Made by a program: the position numbers and the translations under genes. Shown here one piece after another: positions 48,656-58,612 of a DNA stretch of 62,950 nt. Every line of letters starts with the position of its first letter. The stretch's first letter is position 1. A model generated the notes under the pieces. It was not told the DNA's origin, ran no database searches, and saw only the letters and a list, made by a program, of their open reading frames with translations. The stretch covers positions 7,260 through 70,209 of the forward strand of contig JAUNEW010000001.1 in the NCBI GenBank assembly GCA_030525365.1. The letters run 5' to 3'. The stretch comes from Eubacteriales bacterium (lineage in GTDB: Bacteria; Bacillota; Clostridia; Peptostreptococcales; Anaerovoracaceae).

Positions 48656-51600
48656 AGTCCCTCAGGATATATTAACCAAAGATGAGATTTTGCGCATTTC
48701 TGGTATGAAGGAAGAAGCGGTTAACATTGAAATCTCAAGAGTGTTTCTGGAGAAAGAGAGTTTGACACTGCTGGTTGGTGTCAAACTCAATTTTGTGATA
48801 CCTAAGATTTATGAGAAACGGATGGGGGAACGAATCCTTCAGAAGGTGGAAGCTGCCAAAGAGGTGCAGTTTCGTTATGCTTATGAAGCATCTGAGGCAC
48901 CGGCTCCAAAGAGAAGTGGGGCGAAGGGAAGCGGAAACGGAAAGGGAAAAGAGAAGAAAACCATTTCCAGCGGGGTGCTATACGGTACATACATTTCTGC
49001 CCCTCCGATTAAGATTGAAGAAATCTACGATAAAGTGGGCGAACGGGGTCAGGTGGTCATCATGGGAGAACTCTTTAGCCTGGATTCCCGTGCCATTAAG
49101 AACGGAAAGCTTCTGGTGACGATGGAAATCACGGACACGGAAAGAGCTACCTGTTGCAAGGCCTTCATGAAGACAGAAGACTTCGAACTTCTAGAAGAAA
49201 ACGTTTCCCTGGGAGACTGGGTAAAAGTCTCCGGTAATGTGGAATTCGATACTTTTGAGAATGAAGTGGGCATCATGGCCAAGTCCATCAATCAGGCGGT
49301 CAAACCGGAGCGCAAGGATGAACACGAGGGTCCGAAGAGGGTGGAGCTTCACGTCCATACGAAGATGAGCGATAACGACGGATTCAACGAAATCACGGAT
49401 TTGGTGGATCAGGCAGTGGCCTGGGGTCAGAAAGCCGTGGCCATTACGGATCACGGCGTGGTACAGGCTTTTCCAGATGCGGCAAATCGGGCCGCCAAGC
49501 ATCGGAGCAAGGGGAAAGAAATCAAGATTATCTACGGCATGGAGGGATATCTCTATCCCGATGAAGATTCCATTCGTCCGGACGGAACTATCGATATTAA
49601 GAAAAATCGAACTTATCACATCATTTTGCTGGCGAAGAATTTGACGGGCCTTCGAAATCTGTACAAGATGGTGTCCTATGCCCACGTAGATTACTTTTAC
49701 AAGAAACCAAGACTGCCAAGGTCGGTGCTGCAGGCGCACCGAGAGGGCATTATCGTCGGCAGTGCCTGCGAAGCGGGAGAGGTCTATCAGGCCATCAACC
49801 GAGGAGTTTCCGATGACGAACTGGCGGAGATTGCGGATTTCTATGATTATTTAGAGATTCAGCCGCTAGGCAACAACCAGTTCATGATTGATAAGGGAAT
49901 GGTTCAATCCAGACAGGATCTTATTAACAATAACCTGCGAATTGTGGCCACGGCAGACCGACTGGGCAAGATGACGGTAGCCACCACGGATTCCCACTAT
50001 CCGACAAAGGAATCTGCCATCTATCGAAACATCATCATGTCCAGCATGGGGTTCAGTGAAACCAATTCCAACAGCTTGTATCTGCGGACCACCGATGAGA
50101 TGCTGGCGGAATTTTCTTATCTAGGGGACCGGGCGGAGGAAATCGTCATTACCAATACCAACAAGATTGCGGACATGTGTGAGGTCTTCGAGCCGGTGCC
50201 ACCGGACAAATGCCCGCCGAAAATCGAAGGCGCCGAGGAGTTTCTCCGGGATACCTGCTATAAGAATGCCATCGAGCAGTACGGAGATCCGATTCCGGAG
50301 GTCATCAAGACCCGTCTGGATACGGAATTGAACGCCATCATTAGCAACGGCTACGCCGTCATGTATGTTGCCGCCATGCGTCTGGTAAAGAAATCCAACG
50401 AGGACGGTTACTTGGTGGGAAGCCGAGGATCTGTTGGCTCTTCCTTTGCTGCAACCATGGCGGGAATCACGGAGGTTAATCCACTGGATCCCCATTACAT
50501 CTGTCCGAACTGCAAGAACCTGGAGTGGCTTCCGGAGGAAGATGAGGCGAAGTATGACTGCGGATTCGATATGCCGGACAAAGTCTGCCCGAAATGTGGA
50601 ACCAAATACAATAAGAACGGGTTCCGAATTCCATTTGCCACCTTCCTGGGATTCAGCGGAAACAAAGAACCGGATATCGACTTGAATTTCGCCGGGGAAT
50701 ATCAGGCCACTGCTCACAAGTACGTAGGCGTGATTTTCGGCGAGAAGAACATCTTCAAAGCCGGAACCGTAGCCACGGTGGCGGACAAGACCGCCTACGG
50801 GTATGTGAAGCATTACGCGGATGAGTCTCCAAAGAAGCTCAGCAAGTACGATATTGATTACCTGACCAAGGGTTGCACCGGGGTAAAAAGAACCACCGGA
50901 CAGCATCCTGGCGGCATCATTGTCGTGCCGGATGACCACGAAATCTATGAGTTCTGTCCGGTGCAGCGTCCAGCGAACAAGCCCGTGGATATCATTACGA
51001 CTCACTTCGATTACCACAAAATCGATAAGAACCTGCTGAAACTGGATATTCTGGGACACGATGTGCCCCAGATGATTCGGCATCTTCAGAACATGACAGG
51101 CGTGGATCCTATGACCATCGACGTGGCGGATCCGAAGGTTATCAGCTTGTTTACCTCCACGGATGCGTTGAACATCCAGAATCCAGACTACAAGTTCGTT
51201 CACGGAACTTATGCCATTCCGGAGTTCGGAACCAACTTCACAAGGCAGATGTTGGATGATATTCAGCCTACTACCATCTCTGCGCTGGTGAAAATTTCTG
51301 GATTCTCTCATGGAACCGACGTGTGGACCAACAACGGCCAGGATCTCTTACGAGATGGAAAAGCCACAATTGACGAGCTGATTTCTTGCCGTGACGATAT
51401 CATGAACTACCTGATTCTAAAGGGCATTCCGAATGAACAGGCCTTCTGGATTATGGAGCACGTCCGGAAAAACAAGCCGCTGACGGATGAAGAGTTAGAG
51501 ACCATGAAGAGCCACAATGTGCCGGACTGGTATATCTGGTCTTGCGAGACCCTGAAGTACATGTTCCCGAGAGCCCACGCAGTGGCTTACGTACTCATGT

Positions 51601-52097
51601 CTATTCGAATGGCCTGGTTCAAGGTGTACTATCCTGCAGAATTCTATTCGGCATGGCTGTCTTCCAAAATCGACGATTTCGATGTGCTAGCGGCCAGGGA
51701 CGGCATACAGGCGGTGGAACGAGAAATGGCGCAGTTGGAAAAGCTGGGGAACCAGATGACCACAAAGCAGAAGGATCACCTGACTGTGTTAGAAGTTATG
51801 TACGAGATGTTCTCTCGGGGAATCACTTTCCGGATGCCGGAGCTGGGAGTATCGAAACCCTGCGATTTTATCGCGGTAGACGGAGAAGTGGTGGTACCTT
51901 ACATGGCCATTTCCGGCCTTGGAAAGGCGGCGGCAGAATCCTTAGAGGAAGCCTACGATGGAACTCCGTTCACTTCCTTGGATGAAGTAAAGCAGAAAAC
52001 CAAGCTATCCCAGAGCAACATTGATGACTTGAAGGTGGTAGGTATGTTCCAAGGCGTACCGGATACTGCACAAGTATCGATTTTTGAATTGTTTTAG
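48648..52097 (+). CDS. polC: PolC-type DNA polymerase III alpha lacking the internal DEDD exonuclease
   Basis: OB fold, PHP (ELHVHT.MS..D, TDH, YGME, DSH), GSRGSVGSS, Zn finger HY.CP.C...CP.C, PDIDLNF, TGQHPGG, LKLDILGH, C-terminal QVSIF clamp-binding-like motif. Confidence 0.95.
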   Translation: MIKVPQDILTKDEILRISGMKEEAVNIEISRVFLEKESLTLLVGVKLNFVIPKIYEKRMGERILQKVEAAKEVQFRYAYEASEAPAPKRSGAKGSGNGKGKEKKTISSGVLYGTYISAPPIKIEEIYDKVGERGQVVIMGELFSLDSRAIKNGKLLVTMEITDTERATCCKAFMKTEDFELLEENVSLGDWVKVSGNVEFDTFENEVGIMAKSINQAVKPERKDEHEGPKRVELHVHTKMSDNDGFNEITDLVDQAVAWGQKAVAITDHGVVQAFPDAANRAAKHRSKGKEIKIIYGMEGYLYPDEDSIRPDGTIDIKKNRTYHIILLAKNLTGLRNLYKMVSYAHVDYFYKKPRLPRSVLQAHREGIIVGSACEAGEVYQAINRGVSDDELAEIADFYDYLEIQPLGNNQFMIDKGMVQSRQDLINNNLRIVATADRLGKMTVATTDSHYPTKESAIYRNIIMSSMGFSETNSNSLYLRTTDEMLAEFSYLGDRAEEIVITNTNKIADMCEVFEPVPPDKCPPKIEGAEEFLRDTCYKNAIEQYGDPIPEVIKTRLDTELNAIISNGYAVMYVAAMRLVKKSNEDGYLVGSRGSVGSSFAATMAGITEVNPLDPHYICPNCKNLEWLPEEDEAKYDCGFDMPDKVCPKCGTKYNKNGFRIPFATFLGFSGNKEPDIDLNFAGEYQATAHKYVGVIFGEKNIFKAGTVATVADKTAYGYVKHYADESPKKLSKYDIDYLTKGCTGVKRTTGQHPGGIIVVPDDHEIYEFCPVQRPANKPVDIITTHFDYHKIDKNLLKLDILGHDVPQMIRHLQNMTGVDPMTIDVADPKVISLFTSTDALNIQNPDYKFVHGTYAIPEFGTNFTRQMLDDIQPTTISALVKISGFSHGTDVWTNNGQDLLRDGKATIDELISCRDDIMNYLILKGIPNEQAFWIMEHVRKNKPLTDEELETMKSHNVPDWYIWSCETLKYMFPRAHAVAYVLMSIRMAWFKVYYPAEFYSAWLSSKIDDFDVLAARDGIQAVEREMAQLEKLGNQMTTKQKDHLTVLEVMYEMFSRGITFRMPELGVSKPCDFIAVDGEVVVPYMAISGLGKAAAESLEEAYDGTPFTSLDEVKQKTKLSQSNIDDLKVVGMFQGVPDTAQVSIFELF

Positions 52098-52113
52098 CTT
52101 GAATTGGGAGATT

Positions 52114-52151
52114 AAAAAGTCCTGAGAGAATTTTTCCTCTCAGGACTTTTT
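52114..52151. terminator. Bidirectional terminator
   Basis: AAAAAGTCCTGAGAG...CTCTCAGGACTTTTT. Confidence 0.8.
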
Positions 52152-52152
52152 G

Positions 52153-53082
52153 TCAGTGATTATTGATGTCAGGAGTACCTTTTCCTCCGGTATATCGGGA
52201 TAAGGCAGCCACATAGCTTTTTCCAAGCCGACTTAAGGAACCTCGTCGATGGGTGATGTACCCAATTCTCATAGCATCTTCTCCCTCTAGAGGAACAGCG
52301 ATAATATCTTTTCCGTTCAATTTCTCATCAATTACGCCACTACATACCGTGTAGCCGTTCAGTCCGATGAGAAGGTTGAACAGGGTGGCGCGATCCCGCA
52401 CGCGGATGTTCTTCTTGCGTTCGAAATCCGAGAATATTTCTTCGGAGAAATAGAAAGAATTGTGGGTGCCCTGCTCGAAGGAGAGATAGGGATAGGATTC
52501 CAACTCTTCGTTGCGGATGCTGGTATTTTCGGCCAGCGGGTGAAAGCGGCTGATGAAGACGTGGGGCTTTGCGATGAAGAGTTCGTGGAATACCAAATCG
52601 TTCTCTTTCAAGATTTTGCTCAGCACAGATTTATTGAAGTCATTCAGGAAAAGAATGCCAATTTCACTTCGCATTTTGGCCACGTCGTCGATGATTTCAT
52701 AGGTCTGGGTTTCACGGAGACTGAAATCGTACTCCTCTTGACCGAATTCCTTAATCAAATCGACAAAGGCATTTACCGCAAAGGAATAGTGCTGGGTAGA
52801 GATGCAGAACTGTTTTTTTCCACCATCTCCATTCTTGAAGCGGTCTTCCAGAATGGAAGCTTGTTCCAGCACTTGCCGTGCGTACCCCAGGAAGTCTTCG
52901 CCTTCCCGGGAGATAGTGACACCCTTCCGGGTGCGATTGAAAATCTTCACGTTCATTTCCTCTTCCAGTTCGCGAATGGCATTGGTGAGACTGGGCTGGG
53001 AGATGTACAATTTTCGAGCGGCTTCGGTAATGGTCCCAGTTTCTGCCACAGTAAGAATATATTTAAGTTGCTGAAGTGTCAT
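52153..53082 (-). CDS. LysR family regulator (CpsY/MtaR-like)
   Basis: MTLQQLKY, LYISQPSLT..IRELE.E, STQHYSFA, FEQG...SFYFSEE, VRDRATLFN. Confidence 0.9.
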   Translation of the reverse strand: MTLQQLKYILTVAETGTITEAARKLYISQPSLTNAIRELEEEMNVKIFNRTRKGVTISREGEDFLGYARQVLEQASILEDRFKNGDGGKKQFCISTQHYSFAVNAFVDLIKEFGQEEYDFSLRETQTYEIIDDVAKMRSEIGILFLNDFNKSVLSKILKENDLVFHELFIAKPHVFISRFHPLAENTSIRNEELESYPYLSFEQGTHNSFYFSEEIFSDFERKKNIRVRDRATLFNLLIGLNGYTVCSGVIDEKLNGKDIIAVPLEGEDAMRIGYITHRRGSLSRLGKSYVAALSRYTGGKGTPDINNH

Positions 53083-53220
53083 GGACATACCTTCTTTCTT
53101 CGTATTCTGCTCTTCCAATATAGCACAGATGGAGGATGAAGGGGATAAAATTTCAATGGAGGTTCTTAACAGGAGGGGAAGTTGATGATAAAATAACAAG
53201 AAAAGACGAGGAGTAGGGAA

Positions 53221-54153
53221 ATGAATATCACCGAACTGAAATATATAATTGAAACTGCCGCAGCCGGTTCCATCAGCGCTGCTGCAAAGAATCTCTATGC
53301 TGCCCAGCCCAACATTAGCAAAGCGATTAAATCTCTGGAGGAGGAATATGGAATTCAGATATTCCAGCGATCGGCAAAGGGTATGACGCCCACGAGGGAG
53401 GGGCAGGAATTCATCCGGCAAGCGCAGCATATCGTTCAAGAACTGGACGCATTAGATGGACAATTCCTTCATCCTGGGAAGCGGAGAGTGGAACTCAAAA
53501 TTGCGATTCCTCGTGCCAGTTATGCCGCCCATGCCTTCGTTCGGTATGTGAACCAACTGAAAGATGCCAGTGAACTCAAAGTTCACATTAGAGAGTGCAA
53601 TTCATTGGAAGCATTGGATCGCATTGTCAGGAACCAATATAGTATGGCGCTGATTCGCTTCGAGTCCCAACATGAGGAGTATTTCCAGTCTCTCATTCGG
53701 CTGAAGCATCTGGAATCGGAGCCACTGATGGAATTCCAATATCGTCTCCTGACTGGGGCGAATAGTAAATTGGTTCACAAAGACATTAAGGGATATCAGG
53801 ATCTGGAAGGATACATTGAGCTGATTCACGGAGATGACCGGCTTCCTACGGGAGATTACGTCGATGCGTTCAAATTGCCGGAGAATGCAAATTCAAAGAA
53901 GCGAATTCACGTCTACGAAAGGGGAAGTCAGTTTGCATTGCTACAGGGGCTTCCGGAAAGCTACATGTGGGTATCCCCCATGCCGGAGGAACTTTTGAAT
54001 CGTTACAAACTGGTTCAGCGGGAATGTCCGTGGCAGAAACGGGTGATGAAAGACATCCTGGTTTATCCAGAGCATCGGCTATTTTCGAAGGAAGAGGAAG
54101 CCTTCGTTGAAGAATTGAAAAAAGAACGAGATAGCGTATCCGGCCACTGTTAG
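53221..54153 (+). CDS. LysR family regulator
   Basis: MNITELKY, GSISAAA..L..AQPNISKAIKSLEEE...IF.R. Confidence 0.9.
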   Translation: MNITELKYIIETAAAGSISAAAKNLYAAQPNISKAIKSLEEEYGIQIFQRSAKGMTPTREGQEFIRQAQHIVQELDALDGQFLHPGKRRVELKIAIPRASYAAHAFVRYVNQLKDASELKVHIRECNSLEALDRIVRNQYSMALIRFESQHEEYFQSLIRLKHLESEPLMEFQYRLLTGANSKLVHKDIKGYQDLEGYIELIHGDDRLPTGDYVDAFKLPENANSKKRIHVYERGSQFALLQGLPESYMWVSPMPEELLNRYKLVQRECPWQKRVMKDILVYPEHRLFSKEEEAFVEELKKERDSVSGHC

Positions 54154-54315
54154 GGTGACCGGAATTCTTTTACCCGAATTAAATTGCTAGTAATTTAATA
54201 GGATATATCAAATTGTATATAACACCCTTGAAAAATGGTTAATATTCATCTGGAATAAATTGTGATAACATATTGTCAAGGTAGTTTATGCAATGGAAGT
54301 GAAGGGAGGCTATGA

Positions 54316-54792
54316 ATGTTAGATGCATCCTATTACAAGAAAACCGATGAAATTATTGCGAAGCATCCTCGGGAAGAGAGGTCGCTGATTCCGATTATTC
54401 AGGAGATTCAGGAGGAATTTCGATATCTTCCTCCGGAACTTTTGACGTACGTTGCGGGAGAAATCGGGATTACAGAGACGAAGGCCTTTAGCGTGGCCAG
54501 CTTCTACGAGAATTTCTCTTTCGAAGCGAAGGGTAAGTATGTGATAAAAGTATGTGACGGGACGGCCTGTCACGTCCGTAAATCCATTCCAATCATCGAA
54601 CGGGTTCAGAAAGAACTGGGACTGGACAAGAAGAAACACACTACCGATGATCAGCTGTTCTCACTGGAAACGGTATCCTGCCTCGGTGCCTGTGGTCTGG
54701 CGCCGGCGGTAATGGTGAACGACGAAGTTCATCCGAAGATGACACCGGACAAGATGATGGATCTGATTGAAGAGTTGAGAGGGGAAGAGTAG
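54316..54792 (+). CDS. hydC: Second [FeFe]-hydrogenase gamma subunit (NuoE-like)
   Basis: VASFY, CDGTAC, CLGACGLAP. Confidence 0.92.
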   Translation: MLDASYYKKTDEIIAKHPREERSLIPIIQEIQEEFRYLPPELLTYVAGEIGITETKAFSVASFYENFSFEAKGKYVIKVCDGTACHVRKSIPIIERVQKELGLDKKKHTTDDQLFSLETVSCLGACGLAPAVMVNDEVHPKMTPDKMMDLIEELRGEE

Positions 54793-54794
54793 AT

Positions 54795-56663
54795 ATGAAA
54801 CTGGAGAATAGAACGCAGCTAGATGATTTCCGTCAGCAATGTCGTGAGAAAAAGCAGGCCGAGGTCTGTAAGATTCTTGTGTGCGGCGGCAGCGGATGTC
54901 TGGCCGGTGGATCAGAGAAAATATATCAGCGTTTCAAAGAACTGGTAGAAGGCAAATCCGGTGTTTCCGTAGAAATTGGTGCAGAAATTGCGCACACCGG
55001 TGTTAAGAAGAGCGGTTGTCACGGATTCTGTGAAATGGGACCTTTGGTTCGCATTGAGCCGTACAACTATCTATATCTCAAAGTGCAGCTAGAGGATTGC
55101 GATGAGATTTTTGAAAAAACGGTCTGTCAGGGTGAGCCGGTAGAACGGCTGATGTATCACGATGGAACGGAGTTGTATCAGCGTCAGGAGGATATCCCAT
55201 TCTATGCAAAACAGACCCGGTTGGTTCTGAAGAATTGCGGGCACATCGATGCGGAGCATATTGAAGATGCACTGGCAGTGGGAGCCTATGAGTCCTTCGA
55301 AAAAGCGCTGTTCGAGATGACTCCGGAAGCAGTCATTAAGACCATCAGTGATTCCAAGCTTCGGGGTCGTGGCGGTGCCGGATTCCCAACTGGCCGGAAG
55401 TGGACACAGGTTGCGGGACAGAAAGAAAAAGTCCGGTACGTGGTTTGTAACGGAGATGAGGGAGATCCGGGCGCTTTCATGGACCGAAGTGTCATGGAAG
55501 GGGACCCACATCGCATGATTGAAGGCATGATGATTGCGGCTTACGCAGTGCAGGCCCATGAAGGATATGTTTATGTTCGTGCGGAATACCCGCTGGCAGT
55601 TCGCAGACTTCAGATTGCCATTGCTCAGGCGGAAGAATGTGGAATCCTAGGCGACCATATTCTGGGAACCGATTTCAGCTTCCATCTGCATATTAATCGC
55701 GGTGCAGGTGCCTTTGTCTGCGGAGAAGGCTCGGCTTTGACCGCTTCCATTGAAGGTCGCCGTGGAATGCCGAGAGTAAAGCCACCTCGGACGGTAGAAA
55801 AAGGCCTCTGGGCGAAGCCGACGGTGCTGAACAATGTGGAGACTTATGCCAACGTGCCGATGATCATCAAGAACGGTGCGGACTGGTTCCTGGGAATTGG
55901 AACTCCGGACAGTCCGGGAACGAAGGCTTTTGCCCTTACCGGAAACGTCAAGAATACCGGCCTGATTGAGGTACCGATGGGAATTACCCTTCGGGAAATT
56001 GTCTATGACATCGGTGGCGGAATTAAGGACGACAAGAAGTTCAAGGCGGTTCAGATTGGTGGACCTTCTGGTGGATGTCTGACTGAGAAACAGATGGACA
56101 ACAAAATGGATTTCGATTCCTTGACGAAAATCGGTGCCATGATTGGTTCCGGTGGTCTGGTAGTTATGGACGAAGACACTTGCATGGTGGAGGTCGCTCG
56201 ATTCTTTATGAACTTCACAAAGCGTGAGAGCTGCGGTAAATGCGTTCCATGCAGAGAAGGTACCAAGAGAATGCTTGAAATTCTGGAGCGAATCGTTGCC
56301 GGCAACGGAGAGATGAGCGACTTGGACGAACTGGAAGAGTTGGCTCAGATGATTGAAAGCAGCTCTCTTTGCGGTCTGGGAAAGAGTGCGCCGAAACCAG
56401 TTATCAGTACGATTCAGGCATTCCGAGATGAGTACATCGAACATATCCAGGACAAGAAATGTAGAGCTCATGTCTGTGCGAAATTGAAACAATTCCATAT
56501 TGATGAGAGCAAATGCAAGGGCTGCTCGAAATGTGCGAGAAACTGCCCAGCAAATGCAATCACCGGCGAGATTAAATCACCGTATCATATCGATAACGAT
56601 AAATGCATCAAGTGTGGCACCTGCATGGACAACTGTGCATTTGGTGCAATCTATACGGAATAA
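54795..56663 (+). CDS. hydB: Second hydrogenase beta subunit (NuoF-like; predicted NADP(H) preference)
   Basis: GRGGAGFP, NGDEGDPGAFMDRS, AFVCGEGSAL, KPPRT, GGPSGG, SCGKCVPCR, C-terminal 2x[4Fe-4S]. Confidence 0.92.
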   Translation: MKLENRTQLDDFRQQCREKKQAEVCKILVCGGSGCLAGGSEKIYQRFKELVEGKSGVSVEIGAEIAHTGVKKSGCHGFCEMGPLVRIEPYNYLYLKVQLEDCDEIFEKTVCQGEPVERLMYHDGTELYQRQEDIPFYAKQTRLVLKNCGHIDAEHIEDALAVGAYESFEKALFEMTPEAVIKTISDSKLRGRGGAGFPTGRKWTQVAGQKEKVRYVVCNGDEGDPGAFMDRSVMEGDPHRMIEGMMIAAYAVQAHEGYVYVRAEYPLAVRRLQIAIAQAEECGILGDHILGTDFSFHLHINRGAGAFVCGEGSALTASIEGRRGMPRVKPPRTVEKGLWAKPTVLNNVETYANVPMIIKNGADWFLGIGTPDSPGTKAFALTGNVKNTGLIEVPMGITLREIVYDIGGGIKDDKKFKAVQIGGPSGGCLTEKQMDNKMDFDSLTKIGAMIGSGGLVVMDEDTCMVEVARFFMNFTKRESCGKCVPCREGTKRMLEILERIVAGNGEMSDLDELEELAQMIESSSLCGLGKSAPKPVISTIQAFRDEYIEHIQDKKCRAHVCAKLKQFHIDESKCKGCSKCARNCPANAITGEIKSPYHIDNDKCIKCGTCMDNCAFGAIYTE

Positions 56664-56676
56664 GGGAGGAACGAAT

Positions 56677-58368
56677 ATGGGATTCATGACAATAGACGGC
56701 CGGCGTGTGGAATTTACAGATGAACCGAATGTGCTATCTGTTATTCGAAAAGCCGGTATCGATATACCGACACTTTGTTATCACTCGGATTTATCCATCT
56801 ACGGTGCCTGCAGATTATGTATGGTGGAGAATGACTGGGGCAAGACCTTCGCATCTTGTTCGGAGCCACCGAAGGATGGAATGGTAATATATACCAACAC
56901 ACCGAGACTGATGTCTTACCGAAAGCTGATTCTGGAACTCCTTCTGGCATCTCACTGTAGAGATTGTACCACCTGTATTAAGAGTGGCGAATGCCGTCTG
57001 CAGGAGTTGGCTCACCGTATGGGCGTGCAGAACGTTCGTTTCCAGAACACCAGAGAACCACTGCCAATCGACAGCAGCTCGCCTGCAATCATTCGGGATC
57101 CGAATAAGTGCATTCTTTGCGGAGACTGCGTTCGGATGTGCGACAATGTTCAGGGCATTAACGCCATTGATTTCGCTTACCGGGGAACTGAGGCATTGGT
57201 AACTCCTGCTTTTAACAAGAAAATTGGCGAGACAGACTGCGTTGGATGCGGTCAGTGCAGAGTGGTCTGTCCGACAGGAGCCATCAGCATTCACACCAAC
57301 ATGGATGCAGTATGGGAGGCAATTGCGGATAAAAATAAAAAAGTCATCGTGCAGATTGCACCGGCAGTCCGGGTCGCTCTGGGAGACCTCTTTGGAATTC
57401 CAAAGGGAGAGAACGTAATGGGCAAACTGGTAGGTGCTCTTCATCAGATGGGCTTTGACGAGGTCTATGACACTTCCTACGGTGCTGATTTGACTGTAAT
57501 AGAGGAATCCAAAGAATTCCGGGAACGTCTGTCCTCTGGCGAGAATCTGCCGATATTCACCTCCTGCTGCCCAGCTTGGGTGAAATTCTGCGAAACCAGA
57601 TATCCGGAATTGGCAGAACATCTTTCCACTTGCCGGTCGCCGCAGCAGATGTTCGGCGCCGTTGCCAAGGAATACTATAGTGATTCGGAGAAAAACGGCG
57701 GAAAGGAAATCGTTTCCGTATCCATCATGCCGTGTACAGCGAAGAAAGAAGAAATCCTCAGGCCGGAGTCCTGCACCAATGGAAAACAGGATGTGGACTA
57801 CGTGCTGACCACCACAGAGGTAGCAGCAATGATTAAGAAAACCGGAATTATATTCGACCAGGTGGAAATTGAGTCTGCGGACGTTCCATTCGGAATCGGA
57901 TCCGGTGGCGGTGTCATTTTCGGTGTATCTGGCGGTGTGACAGAAGCGGTGCTTCGGACACTTCAGCAGGGACACAATCGGACGGAGATGGATGCCATCA
58001 AAACCAGCGGAGTTCGAGGTGAGGATGGAATTAAGGAATTCACCTACGACTATAACGGTAGAAAGATTCGCGCCGCTGTGGTAAGTGGTCTGGCGAATGC
58101 GGACAACCTTATGAAACGTATTCAGAACCATGAGGCGGAGTATGATTTCGTTGAGGTAATGGCCTGCAGAAGAGGCTGCATTATGGGAGGCGGCCAACCG
58201 GTAAAGCCAGAAGTAGATACTCGGGATGCCAGAACCAAGGGGCTCTACGATACGGATGTAAATACTCAGATTAAGAAATCCGACGATAATCCGATGATTC
58301 TATCCCTTTATGACACCTTGTTAAAGGGAAAGGAACACAAGTTGCTTCACCGGAATTTTCCGGAATAA
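56677..58368 (+). CDS. hydA: Second [FeFe]-hydrogenase catalytic subunit
   Basis: TSCCPAW, MPCTAKKEE, EVMACRRGCIMGGGQP; ATG 56677 behind GGGAGG. Confidence 0.94.
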   Translation: MGFMTIDGRRVEFTDEPNVLSVIRKAGIDIPTLCYHSDLSIYGACRLCMVENDWGKTFASCSEPPKDGMVIYTNTPRLMSYRKLILELLLASHCRDCTTCIKSGECRLQELAHRMGVQNVRFQNTREPLPIDSSSPAIIRDPNKCILCGDCVRMCDNVQGINAIDFAYRGTEALVTPAFNKKIGETDCVGCGQCRVVCPTGAISIHTNMDAVWEAIADKNKKVIVQIAPAVRVALGDLFGIPKGENVMGKLVGALHQMGFDEVYDTSYGADLTVIEESKEFRERLSSGENLPIFTSCCPAWVKFCETRYPELAEHLSTCRSPQQMFGAVAKEYYSDSEKNGGKEIVSVSIMPCTAKKEEILRPESCTNGKQDVDYVLTTTEVAAMIKKTGIIFDQVEIESADVPFGIGSGGGVIFGVSGGVTEAVLRTLQQGHNRTEMDAIKTSGVRGEDGIKEFTYDYNGRKIRAAVVSGLANADNLMKRIQNHEAEYDFVEVMACRRGCIMGGGQPVKPEVDTRDARTKGLYDTDVNTQIKKSDDNPMILSLYDTLLKGKEHKLLHRNFPE

Positions 58369-58410
58369 ATAAACTTCCATTACAATACTTCCATTGCAGA
58401 AGCAACAGAG

Positions 58411-58446
58411 ACTGCGTACCGCGCCGTACCTGCGGTACGCAGTTTT
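58411..58446 (+). terminator. Intrinsic terminator after second hydA
   Basis: ACTGCGTACCGC...GCGGTACGCAGT then TTT. Confidence 0.78.
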
Positions 58447-58518
58447 CTGATGCGTTAAATTATTGTGTGCCTATATTAAAACATTGAAAAAAGTTTGTTT
58501 TTGGTATAACATATTGTA

Positions 58519-58547
58519 TAGAACCGCGTTATAGAATGCGGTTTAGA
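58519..58547 (+). promoter_or_regulatory. Putative TetR operator
   Basis: Imperfect dyad AACCGCGTTAT-AGAATGCGGTT just downstream of TTGAAA-17 bp-TAACAT, upstream of the tetR-family gene. Confidence 0.5.
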
Positions 58548-58612
58548 CTTAAAAGAAAGAACATGGAAACCGCGCGGAGAACGCCTGGTTTCATCAGGAG
58601 CATGGAGATTAA

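Noticed and set aside
53083-53439. N-terminal extension making the minus-strand LysR 428 aa
   Set aside because: Overlaps the divergent LysR; the HTH begins at MTLQQL (53082) with a suitable SD
58563-58593. Hairpin in the tetR 5' UTR as a riboswitch
   Set aside because: Single imperfect stem, no recognisable aptamer, does not cover the RBS
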